The translations under genes and the position numbers were made by a program. From the NCBI GenBank assembly GCA_002269645.1, contig NIVC01000491.1, positions 1-64,000 of the forward strand: 64,000 bases of DNA. The letters are read 5' to 3'. Positions 1-9,400 of this stretch are shown in pieces. The notes beneath the pieces are model-generated. The model saw only the letters and a program-made list of their open reading frames with translations, searched no databases and had not been told where the DNA came from. The DNA is from Macrostomum lignano (lineage: Eukaryota). How positions within the stretch are numbered: the first letter of the stretch is position 1; every line of letters starts with the position of its first letter.

Positions 1-2894
1 CAAGCCTTAGAATATATTCAGTGGTTTAGCAGTTCAGCAGTTATTCGAAGTAATTGTGTAGAAAGCTTATAAGGAGGGTGGAGAGCAGCTTTATAATAAT
101 TGCGTCTTAAGCATTGACTTTCTCCCCAATGAGTCTGGCACCACAAATCGTCATTGATAACTTGCATGTCTAACATGCCCCAGGACTACTAAAACACTGT
201 CATGGATCGGTAGTAAACAGCTGCAAATATTAATTTGTTTAAATAGATGTTTTTAGAAGCAAAGTTGCATTGTTAAAGTCTGCTTTAGCTGATAGCACCG
301 ATTCCTTAACAGGCTTGTTTATCAGTTATTGAACTAATCCTCAGTATATGGCCGTAATCTGTAAGAGTTCTGTAGTAGTCTTAAGCAGTTTTTTCACCTA
401 TTATTTTGACATAAAACAACTTCAAAAGGTTTTATTTCTAACAATTGTGACAGGTCTCTACGTCTTTTCCTAACGATGCCACCAATTTTTGTGGGTCTTT
501 CCTTTCCTAAGAAATTATTCCACAGCTATCACCAATAGTGACAGCTAGGTGTTCTGGTTCTCTCTTTATAATCCCTCAGCTGATATCAATTTGTTATTGG
601 ACCGGTGGGGGGGGTCTTAGCTTAGGATTGTGGGAAAGAATTCTATTTCTAATCTGATTCGAGTGTACTTTATTGATACTCTAGTAGCGTTATTACAGAA
701 TGTCTTACAGGGAGGCAGCACGCCTGATAGACTGGGAGTCTAGGGGATAGGCAAAACGCCTGGTAGACAGTAAGTTTAGGGAGATAGGCGAACGCTTAAT
801 GGACAGTACGTTCTAAAAACTACGCCTAAATCGGACAATACGCCCTTGAGGTTGGAAGAAGGCAGAATGCTGTACTGGGCACTGGGCAGCACGCTCTTGG
901 GAAGAGAGAGAGAGAGAGACAACACGCCTTATTGAACAGCACTGTTGTACCTTGGGAGAAAGAGGCAAAATCTTCCCAAGTAAGTGATAATGACAAATAT
1001 GCTATTTTTAGAACAAAAATATCAGACACTCGGATCGAGGCAAGTATTAGGCAAGAGCCCAGGAGCAAGAAGTTGGTCTTTCACTTGTGTTTTTCGTCGG
1101 TATATTTAATAAGAAAATGAAGATGGCGGTTTCTTTAAAACAAACTACAGTATTTATACGTGTCTTTTAAATACAATAGGTGCAAAATATCAGTTTTTAT
1201 CAGTGCGCTAATAAAATATGGTTAGAAAATATATTTTTTCAAGGGATAGAAAATAATGCTAACCACCTATATAATCACCTAATCACCTAGTAATCATAGT
1301 AATCACCAGAGATCCAAAGCCACTCTGAGTCTAAGGACCTCGATGACAACATGTACTTTTAAAATTTCACCGATGTTTAGCCGACGTAAAATGACGTTAT
1401 CCGTCGATGTAACGTGAGAGTGCATTTTTATACTCTCGGATTGTTTACAGTCTAGTCGGATTGCTGTACGGTGTGACGTTGCTAGTTTAAAGTGGTCCCG
1501 CAAAAGGGCCGTTGGACTACAAATTTCCTTACAATTTCTCATTTAATATTCTCCAATCCTGTATTCTCACGTTTACTTGTAGTAGCGCCAACGAATCTGT
1601 ATCAATTGCTAAATCACTCCGTACTTTGTAAGCCTTGTGTACGGCTGTAGGGTCTCGCGCGATCGATAATTTCTGTTTCTTGTTTTTTCCTCGACAGCCA
1701 ATGATAACTCTCCGCATATATTATGTTAACCCTCCTGCGCTCCTTTATTAACCCGCCTAGCGGCGGCTGGGGTTTTTTCACTCCTTCGCCACTTTCGCTC
1801 TTTCGCTCTCTCGTTCTCTCGTCTCGTGCCTCCTTATCTCTCGCCACGGCTCCACTCCGTCTGGGCCAGACTGTCTACGCACTCTTGCTACACTGTGTAC
1901 TGCCACGGGCCGACGCCCAATCTCGCCGCTTTGTTTGTTTGCCTACTTGTTACTCACAGCCATCACTTGCTACTCGGCTCCATCCCAATTATCATCATCT
2001 ACTCAACTTCCATCTATAGACTAGATTACATCAACCCATTGTTGCAGCCGCCAGTGCCCCATAACGTCATAAGCTTCTGTATTAATATTAACATTGATAA
2101 TTATAAACCAGTTGGCGTCTTTTGTTATCTACCGCCATTGCCAAGTGCTACCGCTACAAAATCTACTCTGCCATTGTTGAGTTCACCATCCTTTTTGGGA
2201 CTAATAACGTCAGCACTCTCGTCAAACGCCCTTTTGAGGCTATAGCCACTACTACGCCAATAACGTGACACGGTATAATGAAATTTGGGATATTGCCTCG
2301 CAAAGTAGCGGCCTAACTAATTCAGAACAAATGTCAGGTATGATCATAGCTATTGGTTTTACTCGGTAGTTCACGCACTTCACGCTCGCACTCGTAATAT
2401 AGTTTTATGCTTATTTCTCTTAGATAAGAAGGTGGATAGATCTAAAGATAGTTACCGCGAATTTAAAATAGTTTTACATGTATACGTACAAAAACACCGC
2501 TTTTAAGGCTTTGAACTTTCCGTAACAATGTCCACCAAGCTTGTGTGGTTTTTAATCCGATTCTTCTTATTTTTCTTCCTAGATTCGTCTCCTAAATCCA
2601 ATGGCATCACATTAATTTCGGATTATTCAGTGTTCGAGTGCTGTTGATTGCGACAGCAAAAAAAATTTGTCTGGCTCTCTGACCCTCTTGGTAATCTCTA
2701 AATTTGACAAGAGCAAATCTAATAATTTGTTATTAGAAATGAGAGCATTTCTCTAAGCACTACGATCGTAGCATAGAACTCAATTTTAAGTACTCGTAAT
2801 CGACCATTTCCTGAAAAATCTCAGCACTTGAGACTGTCTAAGTGCTAATAATTAATTCGTGCTAAGTACTTTGAGCTTAATTCTAAATTGCAGA

Positions 2895-3440
2895 ATGGGC
2901 AATACTGGAAGCAAACTGAGCAACAATACTGATGAGCATTGGAGCGTAGCTGCAGAATACAAGGTCGTTGGATGGAGCGCTGGCGATGGCATCATTCATG
3001 TGGACCCTTGGAACTCAACACATTATGATTTCAAGGGTTTTCCTGTTAACATCTATTTTAAACACAAGACACACAGTTTATCAGATACGATTAGTGACTC
3101 AGATATGAAATCATGGTGCAACGGTATCAGAAACAAGGACTGGAAGCTGCATTCACCATCAGAAGGCATCATCCATCTGGAATATAATGGAGGATATGTT
3201 GCAAACTACAAATACGAAACCAGATCGATGTTCGAGGCGAGAATGCACAGAGAACGAGAGCAGAGAATGGAGAGAGAGCGCAGAGGACAAGAGCAGAGAA
3301 TGGAGAGAGAGCGCCGAGGACAAGAGCAGAGAATGGAGAGAGAGCGCAGAGGACAAGAGCAGAGAATGGAGAGAGAGCGCAGAGAAAAAGAGCAGAGAAT
3401 GGAGAGAGAGCGCAGAGAAAAAGAGCAGAGAATGGAGAGA
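2895..3440 (+). CDS. N-terminal segment of SecA-like gene: MGxxxSK motif, ~105-aa globular domain, start of E/R-rich coiled coil
   Basis: ATG at 2895 (MGNTGSK), preceded by an acceptor-like ttctaaattgcag. The frame is lost at an extra GA in a GA run at ~3440. Confidence 0.7.
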
Positions 3441-6400
3441 GAGAGCGCCGAGAAAAAGAGCAGAGAATGGAGAGAGAGCGCAGAGAAAAAGTTCAGAGAA
3501 TGCAAGGGGCGCTACAGCAGCTGAAGCAGGGTGACAGAGAGCAGTCACTTTTGATCAAAGGAGGGCGGAACAGCAGATGGCTCGACAAAGTGCGATGCAA
3601 ACTGAAAACATACAAAAGTGGAAAAGCTTGAATGCTGAGCGAGACAGGGCTTTGGTGAACTTCAACCATAAAACTAAAGATTTCAGCAGAAGATGCGAGG
3701 CGACGAGGCAAGAGAGATCGGCCAAACACGAGGCGAGTAAAAGGCAAACTGAGAAAGATCGAGCAGAACACTTTGCCAGACTGCAGAAGCAGGCAAGAGA
3801 CAGAACAGAAAGCGAACAGCTATCTTTGGCTGATGAACAGGAGCAGGCAAATGCTATTCGCAAACAGAGACACGATGAGTTTCATCGTCAAAAATTAAAA
3901 GTCACCTCAGAAACTAGCGAAAAATTTAGCAGTCTCAACCAGGAAGCTCAGGAAACAAGAGCTCGTTTGAGAGCTCAGTTTGAAGAGAGAAAAAGTACTT
4001 TTCAGGAACAGATGAAGCGAAAGAAGGAGGAGATGCAGCAGCAAAGCTCGGAGATGCAAGACAGGCTGCAGTTGCAGAAAAATCAGCTGGAAATTGGCAA
4101 AGAAGAACTTCACCGCGAAATGGCTGAAAGGGAGGCTGAGATTGCCCGAAAAATAGAAGAGCAGCGGCGGCATCGAGCGGAGAAGCAACGGGAGTCTGAG
4201 AACCTGAAGAAAACAGAGCAGTTCAAGCGACAAATATTGATAGAGCTGGAGAGAGAGAGAGCCAAATCTATGCGCAGACAATTTAAGAGTGTTAGCTACT
4301 CCATTCAGCACGTTCGTGGGAAGAGCGCCAAAGGCTATTCTAACCCTGCAGTAAGCGAAGCATCCGAAGTGATGCTCAGAGACCAGCTTGAAGAAAATGT
4401 TGAAGATGCTTTGACGAAATTTCTAGGCAGTCTGTCAGGTGCTATCGAGGATGATTCCAATCAGGAACTGTCAGTAGCAGCTAATGTCAAAACAATTTCT
4501 GCAAAGGACGCTTTAGATTTATTTAAGCGTGTCTGGAAATCAGAAGGTCATCCATTTGGAAAGCAGCCAACATCTAGCCAATTGTCTCTCCTACAATTAT
4601 TGGATGAAAAATTCGCTCAACAGTGTTTAGATGCGGCTAACAAAGTTTTCCGAGAGATCTGCTTTCCGAGTTTAGAACTCGACTTGGTCAGCTATGGTCT
4701 GCTGGTTTTTGTCCTGCACAGCGAAAAATCCCAAGATATCAAGCACGAAGAAGACTTCAGTGCTCTCCGTCAGCAACTCAGCGACACAAGAATTGCACTG
4801 GCGCATATGAGAAAGCTCACTAGTGAAACAGCCTATAATGAGCTCAGTCCTGTCACTGAAAGGCTGCTCCAGCTGCTAGTTGTGGCTGAAGATGTTGTGC
4901 GACTTTGGCCGATTCAACAAGACCCTGCTGCTGGCTTAAAGAGGCTCAGAGTCGTACTGGCAACGATGCTGAGGCATGCTGGTGTGTCGCAGTATTTGGA
5001 TGAAAAATCCAACACCGAATGTGTCGTAGAGCTCATAACATCGATGCAGCATTGGGACCCTGTTAGCATGCTCAAGCTGATGGAATTTATACATACAAGT
5101 TGCACTGAGCCCGATCAGGTGAGAGAATTCGTGAAGATGATGGTGTTGAGCCGCGGCGACCCCAGATCTCTTCCGAGTCCTCGCGAGGCGATTACGGAAA
5201 CTTATATTGCGAGCCTAAAAAAAGATCAAGCATCACAGAAAACACTTGACCAGCTTCTCGATGAACTGAAGAAGACAGGGCAGTTCGACGAGGGTCAACT
5301 TTCAGAACTTGCTGACGTAGTAAGAAAAGTTTTCACATATTTTGATTCGTCTGGGTTCGATAAAGCATTGCAGAAACTGAAAATATGGAAACGTGGTAAG
5401 GAATCGCCACTGCACAAAATTCTGATTGATCTCTGTAAGGCAGTGCTGAAATGCAAGGGATATCTCCCAAGACATACACAAGTATTCAGTACTGCAGCCC
5501 TCCTAAACGCTTTTAAAAACAAAACAAGTGGGCAAGTATTACAGATCCTGACTGGTGAAGGTAAATCCTGCATTGTCGCAATGTCTGCTGTAGGATTGGT
5601 GCGTCTTGGACAAAAGTCTGTTGATGTCGTGGCTCCGTCAGAAGTTTTGGCTGCGAGAGACTGTAAGGAATGGAAAGATTTCTATAAAATATGCGATGTT
5701 CGAGTTGACTGCAACATTGAGCACGAAAATCCTAAAAAATGCTATGAATCGTGCATAGTGTATGGCACAGTCTCTTCTTTCGCGGGCGACACATTGCGGC
5801 ATGAGTTCCAGTTCAAAGACATCCGCGGCTCACGAGGCTTTGATTCAATAATCGTGGATGAAGTTGACTCTCTGCTGCTGGACCAAGGTGTGCAGCTGAC
5901 ATATCTGGCTCAGGACGCAGGTGACATGAAAATGCTGGATCCAATTTTCGCTACTATCTTTAGAGCCACTATGGGCTGCCACGTTCTCAACACAGCGCAC
6001 GGAGGTGAGATGGTGGCAGAGCAACAAATGACTTTTCTCTACCTCATAAAAGAGTTCGTCTCGTCGGATGAAGAGTTCAGCACTTTGGTCGAGCAACTTG
6101 ATCTCAAACAGTTAATTAGTTCAGAGGAGAAACAGAGCTTCTTGGCTCAAAATGCCGAACCAGTGGATTTGTCAAACTTTGATATTAAAAGGACGATTCA
6201 GGTTCTTGAAGTTTCTGGAGAAGTTTTGCAAAATTTTCCATCGTATACAATTTATGCATTTAGAAATGCTGAAATCGAACCAGTGCGGCTTTGCCAAGAT
6301 AGCTCATTGGATCTTTTAGTCCAAGATGGTGGAGTCTGCAATTTGCTTTTTGAAAATATCGATGACTTCAAAACACGAAAGAAGGAAGATATCTGGTCGA

Positions 6401-9400
6401 GAATAGACTACAGTACAACAATACTAGACCCGAAAGACGACACCGAAAAGAAACATGAAGAGGCCCAGCTGCCCATTCCATCGCATTTAAAGCAGTTCAT
6501 AGATGACATGCTGGATGTCTGGATCAACAGTGCCCTCACTGCAGGAGCTCTGCAACCCGGTAGAGACTACCTGCTTCAGGGTGGGGACGCTGTTCCAGTA
6601 GACTACAAGCACACAGGAGTGGTGCAGGAGAACATGAGATGGAGCGATGGGCTGCAGCAGTTTCTGCAGTTAAAACACAGCCTGCAAATGCGGCCTCTAG
6701 GATTGGAAACAAACTTCCTGTCAAACTTGGCCTTCTTCCGTCGATATGGCAAATCCATGTTCGGTGTGTCTGGAACTCTCGGAGAAGAGCATGAGAAAAA
6801 GTTCATGCGGGAAACTTACAAAGTGCAACTGAACTACATTCCTCCGTACAGGGAGCGCCGGCTTGTGGAGAACCCGGGCATTGTGGCAGAAACCAAGTCA
6901 GAGTGCATCACGAAAATTTGCCAACTAGTTACACAGGAGAGAAATCGGCCCAGCTTGATCGTGTGCGAGGATATCAACAGTGCCGACCTCATTTTCGAAG
7001 AGGTGGCTCGCCGTTGTCAAGGAGTCAAGACAAAAAAGTACGTCAAGAATGAGGACACAAAAGATGAACTTCAGGTGGGTCCCGGTGATGTTATTGTGGC
7101 CACGAATCTGGCAGGCAGGGGCACGGATGTGAAAGTGAGTGACGACGCGGAGACAGCGGGAGGTCTACACGTTCTCGTCACATTCCTGCCCTGAATCAGC
7201 GCGTTGAGGAGCAAGTGTTCGGCCGCAGTGGTCGCAAGGGCCAGCGGGGTTCAGCGACTTTGCTGCTAAGCAGAGAGGGCCTCAGTGCCTGCTTTTCAGA
7301 CTGTGACTCTGTCGAAGAAATGAAGCAGGTGAGACGAGAGGCCAGCTTGCAGGAACTGAAGAATCATGAGGAGTTCGCGCTGCCGGAAGTTGAGTTCAAG
7401 GAGAATCTTTTCAAGTGTATCAGTCATTTGCTATCGGAGTATTATCATCAGATAAAGAAACCTCCCAGCACTGGTACAGAGCTAGAAAAGCGTTGGTCAG
7501 AGACGGACCTAAAATTAAAAATGGATCATTTAAAAGAGATTTGGGGCATGCATCTCAAAAAAACACTCTGTCACATTACTGATTTCAGTAGAGAGAGAAC
7601 AGCTCAGTGCATTGGAGAAGTTGAGAAAATGTTCCAGGAAGCAAAATCTAATGTCGAATCCGAGTGTTCATTGAGTCCTTTTCAAGCACTGAAGTTTGCC
7701 GAGAAAAGTGTAAGGCACGAAGATTTCGAGCGGGCCATTGATCTTTACACAAAAGCTATAAATATGAACAGCTCATGGTCGTCTATCGCGTACTACAACA
7801 GAGCATACGCAAAAATAATGAAAGGCAACTGTGATATCAGAGAAGTGATGGATGACTTGAAAGACGCAAAAGCTCGGATTGCAGAAACTTGGCTGGCCCA
7901 TGCCACGTGGACGCAGCTGTACTCTGGCGCAAGAATCCAGCAGGAAAATGCAAGCGATAATGACTGTGAGGAGGAGGCTAAGAAGGAAACACCCAAAGAC
8001 CAAGCGAATAAACAAGTTAAGGAAGAAGCCAGACAAGATGTTCGAAGTGAAACTGCAAACCCTCAGTTCCGTCAATGCATGGCTCGAATAAGGATAATCA
8101 GCAATTATAAAACCCAAATAGAGAAATGCCTGGAAAAGCTGGAAGAGCACAGAAGAGCTGGTGATAAAATAATTGCTGTCAGCACTTGCATTAAGGAGAT
8201 TGAGAAGGAACCAGACAGCATTACACTCGACGAGCTCAAGTCTCTGTACCATCTGGGTCATGTAAGATTTTTTGATGTACAAAAGAAGCCTTCATATACA
8301 TTAGCGATTGCTGTGGCGATTTTCGGTGCTTTTGAGATTGCACTTGGCAGCGCGCTGTGCTACTGTGGTCAGGTGAATGTCGGAAATTATTTTATCAATG
8401 AAGGCATTAATGATATAATGGCAGGTGCGATGGGAATGATTCAGGGTGATTTTAATTTAAAAGCCTGGCTAAAAAGTAAAGCCATCAATATTGGTGTCAG
8501 CCTACTGACTTTTGGATTTAGAAAAGTAGCCAACTATCTTAAGTCTTCGGGAAAATTCGCATCCGTTGCGCAAAAAGTTAACTCAGCTGGGAGTACATTT
8601 TACACTAAAGCCGCATCAGTACTGAACAAAGTGATTGGACAAAACGCTGTTAAGTTTATTAAGAACATAATGAGCAATCCAATTGTACAGAAAGTGACCG
8701 ATTACGCGATAAGTGTAGCTCAAAGGAAACTGCTCGATCAGTTAATTGAAAAGTTGAAGCAGGACGTCCAAAGTGACGTTAAAGAGAAGTGCGCCTCTGA
8801 GGCTGAAAGTGGAAAACTTCATGACATTGTTCTCCGACTGACTGCTCCTCTCTGCTTAGTAAAAGACCAGGAGACGAGTAAAGTCGATTTATATGATTTT
8901 TCCACTCTACCTCATTCTCAAAGCAATAATATTTTACAGGCTCTTACAACTATAGCACACGAAGCAACAGATGAATTAATGTCCGATGTAACAAATACGG
9001 CCAAAGTAATTGAAGCAATTAATTCACGATTGACTGTACTAAAAGACGAGTTCTCGCAACTCTTCAAAGGTATTCTGTCTTTTGTAAGACTGGCATCAGT
9101 GGCAGTGGATTCGGCAGCAATAGCACAGCATGCAAAAACATTAAACAGCCTGGTAGGCAATACTGTCGATTGCATGTACAAATTATTGCTGAAGAGAGAA
9201 TGGAAAATAAAATTTGACCAGACCATTGACATCCGAAGCAAAAAGCTGCAGAGAAAAGAATGCATCAAACCACTCTGTAAAGCTACTGGAAAAGAGCTGG
9301 AGCAGCGCATCATTGAATGCGTCATTGTGATACTGGAAGAGCACATCCGTAAAAACCTAGATGGCATTGTGGAAAACAGCATTGAACAAGCAAAAAAATT

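Noticed and set aside
1300-2250. Several short overlapping ORFs upstream of the SecA-like gene
   Set aside because: No recognisable domain or consistent exon structure.
3577-7194. Calling the gene bona fide bacterial secA or a contaminant
   Set aside because: The flanks are continuous with spliced eukaryotic genes, and the protein has long non-SecA extensions and diverged motifs, so no gene symbol is assigned.
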